Origin: Vitreimonas sp.
GTDB lineage: Bacteria > Patescibacteriota > Microgenomatia > UBA1400 > PJMF01
DNA length: 64,000 nt
NCBI GenBank assembly: GCA_035627515.1
Contig: DASPLQ010000012.1
Span: 327,269 to 391,268 of the forward strand
Direction of reading: 5' to 3'
Part shown: positions 26,401-35,300 of the stretch, piece by piece
Layout of the letters: every line of letters begins with the position of its first letter
Numbering within the stretch: position 1 is the stretch's first letter
The notes under the pieces: generated by a model
Told to the model about the DNA's origin: nothing
Seen by the model: only the letters and a program-made list of their open reading frames with translations
Databases searched by the model: none
Translations under genes and position numbers: made by a program

Positions 26401-29400
26401 AGCTCAAACCAGTGTCGGCTCTTCTGGCGAGTGTCTCCAATCCAACGGTGGCGGCGCTCCAACCTGGGGTTCGTGTAACGCTACTGCCGTCAATTACTGG
26501 CGCTTAACCAATGGCGCCTTCTCCCCAGTCAATGACACAGCTGATGTGTTGATTGGCTCCACTGCTACTAGTAGTGCAAAATTTGCCTTCTTAAATGTGA
26601 ACAGTGGCACGCCAACTGCTTCAGTCTCTGCTGGCACCACCGGCGCCACCTACATCACTGCTGCCGGGTCATTACAAACCACCGCCCGCCAATCCCTCAA
26701 CTTAGGCGGCACCACCACTGGTAACACTAATGTTCTCAACACTGCTGGCACTGCCATCGCTACCTTTGATGCTACTAATAGTCGGCTTGGTTTAGGTACC
26801 ACCGCTCCTGCTAGTAAATTAGAGGTGGTTGGTGATGATATTCGCGTCAGTAGTGAAGTTGATGCCAATGATGAACAAGGAGCTGGCATTGAGTTCTATA
26901 ACACTCTAGCCCATGCCAATGCTCAAAAAGTCGTGGCTAGTATTACTCCTTCCCGCATGCATAACACTTTCGGTGGCGGTGCGTTACTCTTTAACACAAC
27001 TAATGATGGCGTGGGCGGCACTCCCACTACGCGAATGATTATTGGTACTTCTGGTAACGTGGGTATTGGTGCTACTTCCGATAGCTCTATCAACACTCGC
27101 TCCAAACTAAATGTCTTTGTGGGCAGTGGTGACGGAGTCAGAATTATTAATAGTTCCGGATCAGGTGTGGACTGGTTACTGACTCCAGGTGTGGGCGGCG
27201 TAGACCACGATCGCTTTGGCCTCTACAATGCCGATAGTTCCACTTTCATCTGGAATGCCAAACATACTGGTGACATGGGTATTGGTACTACCGGTCAAGA
27301 TGCCCGCCTTGATGTCTTAACCACCTCTGGCGAACAACTCCGCTTAACCTACACTGATGGTACTGTTTATACCGGCTTTACTACTAATAGTGGTGGAGAC
27401 TTAACCATCGTGCCATCTGGCGGTGACGTCAACATTACTGGTAACTTGGCTTTGACCGGTACCACCACTCTCAATTCACAAACCTACACTTGGCCAGGTT
27501 CACAAACTGCTAACTACGTCCTGCAAACTAATGGTAGTGGTACCTTAAGCTGGACTAACCCTCAAAACTTTGGTCTCTGGAGACAATCACTCGGCGCTCT
27601 CTCCCCAATCAATGACACTATGGATCTCTTGGTTGGTTCCAATGCCTCTAGTTCAGCCAAGTTTGCGGTGTTAAACGTCAACTCAGGCACACCAGTGGCT
27701 TCGATTTCTGCTAACTCTGGAAATATTAATACCTATCTAACAGGTAACGGCACATTAGCGACCACTAATCGTCAAAGTTTAACGATTGGTAACTCAAGCA
27801 CCTATAACACCACTGGTAATGTTTTAATTAATTCTAATGGCCAAGGCTCCGTGGGTATTGGCACTACTACTCCTTCAGAAGAGCTGCATGTGGTGGGCGA
27901 TATTTTAGCTGGAACTAGTTTCAAAATTGGTAGCACCAATACACAAATTGATAAATATGGCGGTTGGTTCAGAATTAATACCACTGGTAGTTATGGTTTA
28001 GTGATTGATAATGCTGCTGCTAGTTTGTCATATAACAGTAATTTAAATAGCACTGGCTTAGCGGGTCTCAAAGTCACTCATGCTGATACTGCTGCTTTCG
28101 CCAATATCGGAGCTTTGAATGCAGTTATTACCAATAACGCCTATATTTCAGGACGAGCCGGTGTCGGCACTACTTCACCTACTGCTGTTTTACACGTCAG
28201 TGGTGGATATGGTGCCAACGATGCGTTCACGGTCAATCAAACTAACTCAGGTAATATCTTTAGTGCGTCTGCTTCTGGCACTACTCGTTTGACGTTAAGT
28301 AACGCTGGCAACTTAATCTTCAATCAAGCTAGTACCATTCAAACCTCCACTGGTAACTTAACTTTGGATAGTACTGGCGGCACCATCGAGTTAATCGACA
28401 ACACCAACATCACTGGCAACTTGGACGTGTCAGGTACCTTTGCCGCTGGCACTGCTGATGCTCTCACCATCGATGCCTCTGGTAACGTCGTCACCTCTGG
28501 CATTTTGACTGCAGCCACCAATGAAACCATCAATGGCATCGATATTAACGCGGGTGCGGTCAGTGACATTACCACCTTAGATGCTTCAAGTACTGTCACC
28601 TTCTCCTCCTTCACCACTGATGGTGGCGTCCTCTACACCAATGGTTCGGGTGTTTTGGCTCAAACGGCGGTTGGCTCATCTGGTCAATGTCTGCAATCAA
28701 ATGGTGGCGGCGCTCCCACTTGGGGTAGTTGTACTGGTGGCGGTAGCTTCAGTAACTGGCGCTTAACTAATGGTGCCTTCTCACCTGTCAATGACACCGC
28801 TGATGTCTTGATCGGTAGCAATGCCACCTCAAGTGCCAAGTTTGCTTTCATGAATGTGAATTCTGGGACGCCAACGGCTTCTATCTCGGCTGGAACTACT
28901 GGTGCCACTTATATCACTGCTGATGGCAAACTCCAAACTACAGCTCGCCAAAACTTGAGTCTCGGTGGCACCACCACTGGTAATACTCAAGTCTTGAACA
29001 CCGCTGGCAGCGCCTTCGCTACCTTTGATGCCACCAACAGTCGCTTAGGCATTGGCACTGCTGCTCCTCTAGCTAAACTTTCTGTGGGCCCAGGAGTAGG
29101 TGAAAAACTTCATCTGTATGATGATGGAGCGGGCACCATCTATGGTATGGGTATTCAAGCTAGCTTGATGCAACTCTATGCCCCTGCTGGCTCTCGCGTT
29201 GGAATCGGTAATGGCAGTAGCGGCAGCTTTACGGAAGCTTTATCTGTAATTGATGGCAAAGTTGGTATTGGCAATACCAGTCCCAACGCTCCATTATCAT
29301 TTGCCAACGCTGTTGGTGAAAAAGTTGTGTTGTTTGACGGTGGTTCAGCTGCTACTCGCATTGGTTCTGCTATCCAGACTAATGACTTCCAACAATATGT

Positions 29401-32400
29401 GGGAGCTTCAACTAATAACTTTACCTTCCGCCAAGGTGGCCAAAATGGGACTGAGTTAATGAGATTATTAGGCACAGGTAACTTAGGAGTGGGAACCACT
29501 GGACCAGATGCTCGTATCGATTCCCTCGCTACCTCTGGTGAACAACTCCGCTTAACGTACACTGATGGCTCTGCCTACACCGGATTCACTACCAATAGTG
29601 GTGGAGACTTAACCATCGTGCCATCTGGCGGCGATGTTAACATCACGGGTAACTTGAGCTTAACTGGCACCACTACCTTCAACTCACAAACCTACACTTG
29701 GCCAGGTTCACAAACTGCTAACTACGTCCTGCAAACCAATGGTACAGGCACCTTGAGTTGGGCTGATCCTACTCAATTTGGTCTGTGGCGACAATCTTTG
29801 GGTGCCATCTCACCGATCAATAACACCTTCGATTTACTAGTCGGTTCCAATGCTACAAGTAGTGCCAAGTTTGCAGTCTTAAATGTGAACTCAGGCACAC
29901 CAACCGCCTCAGTTTCAGCCGGAACCTCTGGAGCTGCTTACCTGACTGCGGCTGGTGCGTTACAAACCACCGCTCGCCAAACCTTAAGTCTAGGTGGCTC
30001 CACCACTGGCAACACGAATGTGCTCAATACTGCTGGCACTGCCTTCACTACCTTTGACGCTACTAACAGTCGTGTGGGCATTGGCACCGCAGCACCTGGG
30101 TTCAACCTCGAAATCGCTGATGCTACTGATCCACAAATGGTGGTGACTGATACTACCAATACCGTGAGAACTCGAGTTCAATCACAAAATACGGTCGGTG
30201 TTCTTGGTACTTCTTCCAATCACGCCTTGCGCATCCAAACTGGATCAACTAACGCCATTTCTATTGATACTAGCCAATTAGTAGGTATTGGCACCACTGC
30301 ACCAGATGCCAGACTTGATTCACTTTCTACCTCCGGTGAGCAGCTCCGCTTAACCTACACCGATGGTTCAGTTTATACGGGCTTTACCACCAACTCGAGT
30401 GGTGACTTAACAGTTGCTCCTTCTGGCAGTGATGCTAACATCACCGGTAACCTCGACGTCTCTGGTACCTTCGCCTCTGGCACTGCCGATGCCCTTACTA
30501 TCGACGCCTCTGGTAACTTAGTTACTACTGGTACCTTAACTGCTAACACCAACGAAACCATTAATGGTATCGATATCAACGCTGGCGCTGTCAGTGACAT
30601 CACTACCCTCTCTGCCTCGAGTACTATCACCTTCTCAAGTTTCACCACCAACGGTGGTGTGCTCTACACCAATGGCTCTGGCGTCTTGGCACAAACTGCT
30701 GTGGGTAGTTCGGGAGAGTGTTTGAAATCAGCTGGTGCTGGCGCTCCAACCTGGGGTAGCTGTACAGCTGGGGCAGGTTCCAGTAACTGGCGCTTAACCA
30801 ATGGTGCCTTCTCACCTATCAACGACACCGCTGACGTCTTGATCGGAAGTACGGCTACTTCGAGTGCTAAGTTTGCCTTCATCAACGTCAATTCTGGTAC
30901 ACCAACTGCCTCTATCTCCGCTGGCACTTCTGGTGCTACCTACATCGCCGCTTCTGGTTTGATCCAAACCACCGCTAACCAAAACTTAACCATCGGCGGT
31001 AACACCACTGGTAACATCACCTTGGCTCCGCTCAATGGCGCTGGCACAGTCAATGTCACCGGCAACGCCGACGTCTCTGGCACGTTCGCTTCTGGCACTG
31101 GCAACGCCTTCACCATCGATGCCACTGGGAACACTGTCACTTCTGGTACTGTCACTGCTGCTACTAACGAAACTATCAACGGAGTCGATATTAACAATGG
31201 CGCCATCAGTGACGTCACTACCCTCAGTGCCTCAAGTACCATCAACACGACAGGCGGTACCATCCAAACTAACTCTACGAGTCGCATCGATAACTCGGGT
31301 AACTTGACTAACATTGGCACCACTCAATTGAACGGTCAAACCTACACTTGGCCAGGTTCTATTACTGCTGGTGGCGTCTTACAAACCTCAGGTGGTGGCG
31401 CCTTGAGTTGGGCTGATCCAGCAGGCTTCGGTCAATGGCGCTATGGCAATGGTGCCATCTCCCCAATCAACAATACTTACGATCTCTTAGTTGGTTCCAA
31501 TGCTTCCAGCTCAGCCAAGTTTGCTGTCTTGAACGTCAACTCTGGCACACCTACAGCCTCAGTCTCAGCCGGTACAGCTGGCGGTGCCTATATCACTGCC
31601 GATGGTAAATTAGCCACTACTGCCAAACAAACCTTAACGCTCGGTGACACCAATACTGGCAATGTAGTCATCCCTAGCTCCAACTTAGGCATTGGTAACA
31701 CTCAACCTTTCGCTCAATTACACTTGACCGCTACTGGAGAAAGCGGCGTTGCCCGAGGCTTACAAGTTAATGCCAACGATTTAAATACTAATGCTACCAT
31801 TACCAAATATGGCAACAATGGTGGCCTTGATCTCCGCACAGCTTGGACTGGTAACAGTAATATTACTTCTGGCATTACTCTGGGTGAAGGCAATGCCTGG
31901 AGTCCTGACATTCGCTTCTACACCGCCTTCCAAGGTGCGACCCGCAGTGAGCGAATGAGAATTACTGATATTGGTAATATTGGTATCGGAACCACTACAC
32001 CTACTTCCTTGTTCCACGTTAACGGTGGTTACGCCAACAACGCTCTCGCCACCTTCAATCAACTTAACTCCGGTGATATCCTGACCGCTTCAGCATCTGG
32101 TGCGACTCGCATGCGCTTGACCAACAACGGCAACATGATCATTGGTCCTTCCACAGCGGCTATTAACTACAACATGATCTCTCAAAGTGGCACGGCTTCC
32201 TTTGCTAGCACCAACAACGACCTCTATATCGAGGATATCCTCGAGGTCGGCGGCAGTATCGTGTTGGGTGGCAACCAATTGATGGCTAATGCCCTCTGGC
32301 AAAATAATGGTAATGTTTACTCACCAATTGGTGCTTACGGCAGCGTGGCTGACCTGGCTATCGGTGGCACTGCGACCTCGAGTGCTAAGTTCCAAATCTT

Positions 32401-35218
32401 TGGTAACAGTGGTGTGGCCAGTTCCTCTGGAACACTCACCTTCCGTGGCACTACTGATCCTAAGATCGATATCTTAAACGGTGAAAACTTCGGCATTCGC
32501 TTCAGCCCCGGTGGTGACGCCGGCGTGAGTGAGAAGTTCACTATCTTAGCCAACGGCAACGTCGGTATTGGCGACACTAACCCTGCTTCCCGCTTGAGTA
32601 TTGGTGGCTCCACCTCTAGTATCACTAACACCTCTGGAGACATCACGATTGATGCCACCAGCAACACCATCAGTTTTGCCGGTGACTTGATCACCAACTT
32701 CTCAGCTGCTCAAGGCACCAATGGTTCGACTAGCGCACCGACCTTCTCGTTCACCTCTGATACTGATACCGGTATGTACATGCCGACGATTGGTGAGTTT
32801 GGCTTCGTGACTGCTGGTGGTGAGCGAATGAGAATTGATAGTGCTGGCAAAGTCGCGATTGGCCTGACCAGTCCTACTGGTTTATTCCACGTCTCGGGTA
32901 AAGTGACGGGTAAAGCCCTAGCTATCTTCAATGAAACTGGCAATCAAGACATTATCGTCGCCTCTGCCTCTGGCACTACTCGTTTCCGCGTCGCCAATGA
33001 CGGTCACGTCTACGCTCAACGCTTCGTCGATACCAGTAGTAATAGTTTCTATCTGGACCCAGCTGATGGCACCACCAGTTTAGCCATTGCCGGTGACATC
33101 ACGCTCGATTCGGGTGGCACGATTGAATCAACGGGCAACAACAATATTGACATCGATGCTGGCTCAGGCAACGTCTTGATCGGTGGCGGTACCGGTAAAC
33201 TCGATGCCGGTACCATCGACCCTCCATACTGGATTGAAGGTAAAGGCTACGCTACCTACGTGGCTAGTATGGTGGGCTTAAATGAAGAAATTGCTTCAAC
33301 TGTGACCTTGCAACCAAGTGGTACTCCAGGCTTATACAAGTATGTGATCGATTTCCCGAACTTAAATAAAGACACTCAAACTGACTTATGGTTGTTTGGT
33401 CGTATCATCGATATGGGTGACAACATGGAGAACTTAGTGGTCTTGCTCTCTCAACACGGTTCTGGCCAAGTCATGTACAAAAAAGATGCCGCTAAACAAC
33501 AATTAATCATCTACGGCGCCGCTCCGACTGAAGTATCATTCCGCTTGACCGCGCCTCGCTTCAACCACGAGCAGTTTGGCACTGTCCGCTCTCGCCAAGA
33601 TGGCCGCGGCTTCCAACCAGTTAATCCTAATTACCAGGCTACTGGCACCGGCAGTTCCGACACTGATCTCTTAGCTAGCTTGACACAAAACCCAACTGTT
33701 TCCTTCACTGACCTAGGAACCGTGGTCATCGGTGATGCTGGCACTACAGTCACCACTGCTGATAACACAGCCGTAACTCGAGTGGAAGCATTCTGGGGAG
33801 CAGTGATTGGTCGCTTACGAGCTGGCTTAGTGGACGCACAACAATTAGTAGCCAGCATGATCGTGATCTCACCAGAGGTGAAGACTGATGTGATCACCCC
33901 GATGAACAGTGGTGACTTAGAAATTAACTTGACAGCTCCAAATGGTATCGAATCTGGTGAACTAGCGATCGTCAATCACGCTGGCGAAAAAGCTATTACG
34001 CTCGATGGTGATGGTAATATCTCAGCTTTAGGTGACTTGATTGCTCAAGACGCTTCATTCTCAGGTGAAGTAGTCGCTGAAGGCATCACCGCCACCTCTG
34101 CTCGCTTAGATCAACTCGAGTCCAAACTGGCTGAACTAGAAAGTGTCCGCGCTCAAACTGCCGAGATCATCACCGCCACTATCTCTGGCACACTCTACGC
34201 TGATAATATCGATGGCTTTGATTCCAAAGTAGCTAACGCCTTACAGCAACCAAGCTTACTCGAGCAATTGATGGGTGACGATCCAGCTGAGGCCAGCTTA
34301 TCAGCCTCGATGGCTTCTCTCTTCAACGTCATCGATGAAGCCGGCTTCACCGCCAGCGGCTCGGGTAGTTTGAACCGCTCTCTCGAGGATCTGGCTTTGG
34401 CTACCGATGACTTGAGCTTGGGCGCCACCGCCGTCTTCGTCAACAAATACTTCGAGGTCAACGGCACTGGTTACATTTCTGAGTCATTAGGAGTGGGTGA
34501 AGAAATCTTGATTGGTGAAGGTATGCGCGTCGCTGATGGTTTCATCAACTACACCTCACCAACTAACCCTGCTGCCAGTGTCTTACACTTACAACCTTCT
34601 GGCCAAGGCTCAGTCTCGATCTTGGCTGGCGCTTTGACCATCAATCAAGGTGGTCAGGTCATCGTCACTGGCGACCTGACAGTGGCCGGTAACTTGAGAG
34701 TGGAAAACACCTTGTTAGCCAGCTTGATCCAACCTACTGACTTCGCTAACCCGTTACAAGTTAAGTTAGCTACCAGATCAGGTGAGGTCAATGGTGACGC
34801 CACTGAATCAGCTCAGGTGACTGAGTCCCGCTTCGAGATCGTCAACGAGCTGGGTGTCCCAGTCGCCACCATCTCTGGCCAAGGCCGAGCCGAGTTTGCA
34901 GGTGGCTTAGGCATTGGCGCTGAAGACTTATCCGCTGCTGCTGCCAGCACCACCAGTGGCGAAGTTGCTACCCAACGTACATCTGGTAAAGCTTTGATCC
35001 CAGCTGGCTCAACTGAGATCATGATCCGCGCCACTCAAGTCACCGCTGAGTCCTTGATCCAAGTTACTCCTCAAGGCTCCACCAACAACCAAGTCATGTA
35101 CGTCAAAGCTCAAGTGGCTGATGATATTTCTACCCCAGAAAATGAAGCTCACTTCGTGGTCGGCTTCGACGCACCGTTGGCCACCGATGCCAACTTCAAC
35201 TGGTGGATCGTGAATTAG
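20462..35218 (+). CDS. Giant (4918 aa) membrane-anchored tail-fibre-like protein with N-terminal tyrosine-recombinase core-binding domain(s)
   Basis: SKATVRNYRSDINQFFDF...LQPSSIKRKVSSITQFGQWL (XerC/D N-terminal SAM-like domain). TM at about 21158-21238, then LSFQGRLTD, many GNVGIGT-type repeats, C-terminal ...FNWWIVN. Uninterrupted ORF. Confidence 0.88.
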   Translation: MSAPLTAPTSLPALWLSFVQKQAVSESDQHLLIGYVSKFASSLATPADWSVESLTEFLAKNNFSELSLTQRRTWLSEFVRSISSRQIGVTLYLFELALIKGNCSKATVRNYRSDINQFFDFCQTTEVSEALTKPKLQAFEQHQSLKGLQPSSIKRKVSSITQFGQWLHKAGYPIELVVENLTAAEVISTPVAEEKIEHEISSSQLETDKLAELSLREEVADLKAQVKRQARAWFLPYLTLATLILFFAGLAVFGYRQFFRDVPTPLAYPSSPVRADRVLSFQGRLTDTAQNPITTATNMTFKLFDSGPSIVSGTELWSSGTCSVTPDQDGIFNAGLGDDCGSEIPDDVFTENANVWLQVQVAAETLSPRQPIRTVAYAINSETVQGYPVTASGSATVNTLLTMDSSGNVILGETSPKLKSVSGTFTLEGQTIKLQTTSGGNGNIIIDADGTGGTFINDYLKAPGATLSATYAGGVPLTVLGGPSGMGNLANFQNNGGTNLLTVDASGNLSTIGGIGHSFGNVGGNLTLNSAGTIELLDATNVTGALSATGNINSSGGSLQTGGTSRIDNSGNLTNIGTTQLNGITYTWPGSQNSNYILQTNGSGTLTWADPAALAGASTFWLQNNGALYPKNSTVDFLLGGQATSSAKFAVLNLNSGTPTATLSGTTTGAALYMTGEGTLATTQNRSLLLNPTGGFVGIGTSNPAAKLDVVDTLRVTSLDGTNWSSINTTNAGNSRWSYEGSSTYLDLNQNGAITAGSRFIVGTAGGTGDTGDLAAGANGGSRIAWLRRVSTNRPTLDFYNLSNVLVNSISANTTDPTYFTGALFGIGTSTPTAFTHINGGYGANDALTVNQTLGGNILSASSSGTTRLILTNGGQLQASAGTSSAPGYSFLNASGLGFYLTGGNEVSLSPGGHANRQIRFGGVSGSNWAGTYFTNDNFATHAGIGRAQVSTTINDGLFIGDIGATATLRGLAMSYLALGTQAGNTDVYLQRDAAQTFGQRNSTNAQQFNIYNTYTSATNYERAEFNWIANSNVFTIQTGRGSLGGSTRDIALQPTSGKVGIGTIAPTALLHINGGYGANDALTVNQTLSGNIFSASASGTTRMVLTNSGNLGIGTTTPNQQLEIQGTTTPGGALRLSSADTTVFTDEHIGQIDFYSNDASLNGVGVGAFVKAIAEDNGTLYGLSFGTGQALAGATEKLRLTNDGNLGIMAQGDLRLYDTDSSNYLAFQAPSTVGSNLTYTFPGSVTNGYVLQTDGSGTLTWADPAVLAGATDYWASSLGTLYPKNSTLDFLLGGQATSSAKFAVLNLNSGTPTATLSGTTTGAALYMTGEGTLATTRNRSLLLNPTGGNVGIGTSNPSYKLEVNGQTAITPTTGTVLKLGANVDSSTATPVSIDMGGTYSNTAGQNPKIMLYKAGVLELGFGFSLNEFDYIAHSAGTHVFWSGTTRDARIYTDGVRVPSTSGYIFTSDTGLATPDTGIARSSAGVIKLTNGSSGDGSLYAGGSANNYFAGNVGIGTTGPDAKLDSLSTTGEQLRLTYTDGSAYTGFTTNSGGDLTIVPSGGDVNITGNLALTGTTTLNSQTYTWPGSQTANYVLQTNGSGTLSWADPTSFGLWRQSLGAISPINNTFDLLVGSNATSSAKFAVLNVNNGTPVASVSSGVSGTALSMSADGTLTTSSNRPLAINPTGGNVGIGTSTPGDKLTVQDGNLRLQRSDTTNTRLTNYWGGSTSYGMSIESNISSATAYSNSYGIRLGTIFSSLPTSGTYDQVRIIDSFAPTSGTAISNAFTVMPTINQTGGANGISRGIYINPTLTAAADFRGLEIANNSGYGIYQSGASATNYFNGTSGFGTTGPDAKIDSLSTTGEQLRLTYTDGSAYTGFTTSSGGDLTVAPSGSDTNITGNLDVSGTFASGTANALTIDASGNVVTTGTLTANTDETINGIDINAGAVSDITTLAASGQITFSTFTTNGGILYTNGSGVLAQTSVGSSGECLQSNGGGAPTWGSCNATAVNYWRLTNGAFSPVNDTADVLIGSTATSSAKFAFLNVNSGTPTASVSAGTTGATYITAAGSLQTTARQSLNLGGTTTGNTNVLNTAGTAIATFDATNSRLGLGTTAPASKLEVVGDDIRVSSEVDANDEQGAGIEFYNTLAHANAQKVVASITPSRMHNTFGGGALLFNTTNDGVGGTPTTRMIIGTSGNVGIGATSDSSINTRSKLNVFVGSGDGVRIINSSGSGVDWLLTPGVGGVDHDRFGLYNADSSTFIWNAKHTGDMGIGTTGQDARLDVLTTSGEQLRLTYTDGTVYTGFTTNSGGDLTIVPSGGDVNITGNLALTGTTTLNSQTYTWPGSQTANYVLQTNGSGTLSWTNPQNFGLWRQSLGALSPINDTMDLLVGSNASSSAKFAVLNVNSGTPVASISANSGNINTYLTGNGTLATTNRQSLTIGNSSTYNTTGNVLINSNGQGSVGIGTTTPSEELHVVGDILAGTSFKIGSTNTQIDKYGGWFRINTTGSYGLVIDNAAASLSYNSNLNSTGLAGLKVTHADTAAFANIGALNAVITNNAYISGRAGVGTTSPTAVLHVSGGYGANDAFTVNQTNSGNIFSASASGTTRLTLSNAGNLIFNQASTIQTSTGNLTLDSTGGTIELIDNTNITGNLDVSGTFAAGTADALTIDASGNVVTSGILTAATNETINGIDINAGAVSDITTLDASSTVTFSSFTTDGGVLYTNGSGVLAQTAVGSSGQCLQSNGGGAPTWGSCTGGGSFSNWRLTNGAFSPVNDTADVLIGSNATSSAKFAFMNVNSGTPTASISAGTTGATYITADGKLQTTARQNLSLGGTTTGNTQVLNTAGSAFATFDATNSRLGIGTAAPLAKLSVGPGVGEKLHLYDDGAGTIYGMGIQASLMQLYAPAGSRVGIGNGSSGSFTEALSVIDGKVGIGNTSPNAPLSFANAVGEKVVLFDGGSAATRIGSAIQTNDFQQYVGASTNNFTFRQGGQNGTELMRLLGTGNLGVGTTGPDARIDSLATSGEQLRLTYTDGSAYTGFTTNSGGDLTIVPSGGDVNITGNLSLTGTTTFNSQTYTWPGSQTANYVLQTNGTGTLSWADPTQFGLWRQSLGAISPINNTFDLLVGSNATSSAKFAVLNVNSGTPTASVSAGTSGAAYLTAAGALQTTARQTLSLGGSTTGNTNVLNTAGTAFTTFDATNSRVGIGTAAPGFNLEIADATDPQMVVTDTTNTVRTRVQSQNTVGVLGTSSNHALRIQTGSTNAISIDTSQLVGIGTTAPDARLDSLSTSGEQLRLTYTDGSVYTGFTTNSSGDLTVAPSGSDANITGNLDVSGTFASGTADALTIDASGNLVTTGTLTANTNETINGIDINAGAVSDITTLSASSTITFSSFTTNGGVLYTNGSGVLAQTAVGSSGECLKSAGAGAPTWGSCTAGAGSSNWRLTNGAFSPINDTADVLIGSTATSSAKFAFINVNSGTPTASISAGTSGATYIAASGLIQTTANQNLTIGGNTTGNITLAPLNGAGTVNVTGNADVSGTFASGTGNAFTIDATGNTVTSGTVTAATNETINGVDINNGAISDVTTLSASSTINTTGGTIQTNSTSRIDNSGNLTNIGTTQLNGQTYTWPGSITAGGVLQTSGGGALSWADPAGFGQWRYGNGAISPINNTYDLLVGSNASSSAKFAVLNVNSGTPTASVSAGTAGGAYITADGKLATTAKQTLTLGDTNTGNVVIPSSNLGIGNTQPFAQLHLTATGESGVARGLQVNANDLNTNATITKYGNNGGLDLRTAWTGNSNITSGITLGEGNAWSPDIRFYTAFQGATRSERMRITDIGNIGIGTTTPTSLFHVNGGYANNALATFNQLNSGDILTASASGATRMRLTNNGNMIIGPSTAAINYNMISQSGTASFASTNNDLYIEDILEVGGSIVLGGNQLMANALWQNNGNVYSPIGAYGSVADLAIGGTATSSAKFQIFGNSGVASSSGTLTFRGTTDPKIDILNGENFGIRFSPGGDAGVSEKFTILANGNVGIGDTNPASRLSIGGSTSSITNTSGDITIDATSNTISFAGDLITNFSAAQGTNGSTSAPTFSFTSDTDTGMYMPTIGEFGFVTAGGERMRIDSAGKVAIGLTSPTGLFHVSGKVTGKALAIFNETGNQDIIVASASGTTRFRVANDGHVYAQRFVDTSSNSFYLDPADGTTSLAIAGDITLDSGGTIESTGNNNIDIDAGSGNVLIGGGTGKLDAGTIDPPYWIEGKGYATYVASMVGLNEEIASTVTLQPSGTPGLYKYVIDFPNLNKDTQTDLWLFGRIIDMGDNMENLVVLLSQHGSGQVMYKKDAAKQQLIIYGAAPTEVSFRLTAPRFNHEQFGTVRSRQDGRGFQPVNPNYQATGTGSSDTDLLASLTQNPTVSFTDLGTVVIGDAGTTVTTADNTAVTRVEAFWGAVIGRLRAGLVDAQQLVASMIVISPEVKTDVITPMNSGDLEINLTAPNGIESGELAIVNHAGEKAITLDGDGNISALGDLIAQDASFSGEVVAEGITATSARLDQLESKLAELESVRAQTAEIITATISGTLYADNIDGFDSKVANALQQPSLLEQLMGDDPAEASLSASMASLFNVIDEAGFTASGSGSLNRSLEDLALATDDLSLGATAVFVNKYFEVNGTGYISESLGVGEEILIGEGMRVADGFINYTSPTNPAASVLHLQPSGQGSVSILAGALTINQGGQVIVTGDLTVAGNLRVENTLLASLIQPTDFANPLQVKLATRSGEVNGDATESAQVTESRFEIVNELGVPVATISGQGRAEFAGGLGIGAEDLSAAAASTTSGEVATQRTSGKALIPAGSTEIMIRATQVTAESLIQVTPQGSTNNQVMYVKAQVADDISTPENEAHFVVGFDAPLATDANFNWWIVN
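22200..32400 (+). repeat. Intragenic modular repeats of the giant fibre gene
   Basis: About 10 copies of W..GA.SP.N.T.D.L.G..A(T/S)SSAKF, 5 copies of GEQLRLTYTDG..YTGFTT and 3 copies of SSG(E/Q)CL.S.G.GAPTWGSC, with long near-identical DNA stretches. Confidence 0.9.
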
Positions 35219-35300
35219 CCTGGAAAAACAAAAAGATCTCTAATGATAGAGTATGAGAAATTTAAAAAAGTATTGAAACTAGGTAAGATTAAAGAAGCGC

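Noticed and set aside
22200-32400. CRISPR-like array or assembly artefact
   Set aside because: The repeats are in-frame coding modules with synonymous divergence between copies. Long reads would still be needed to confirm copy order.
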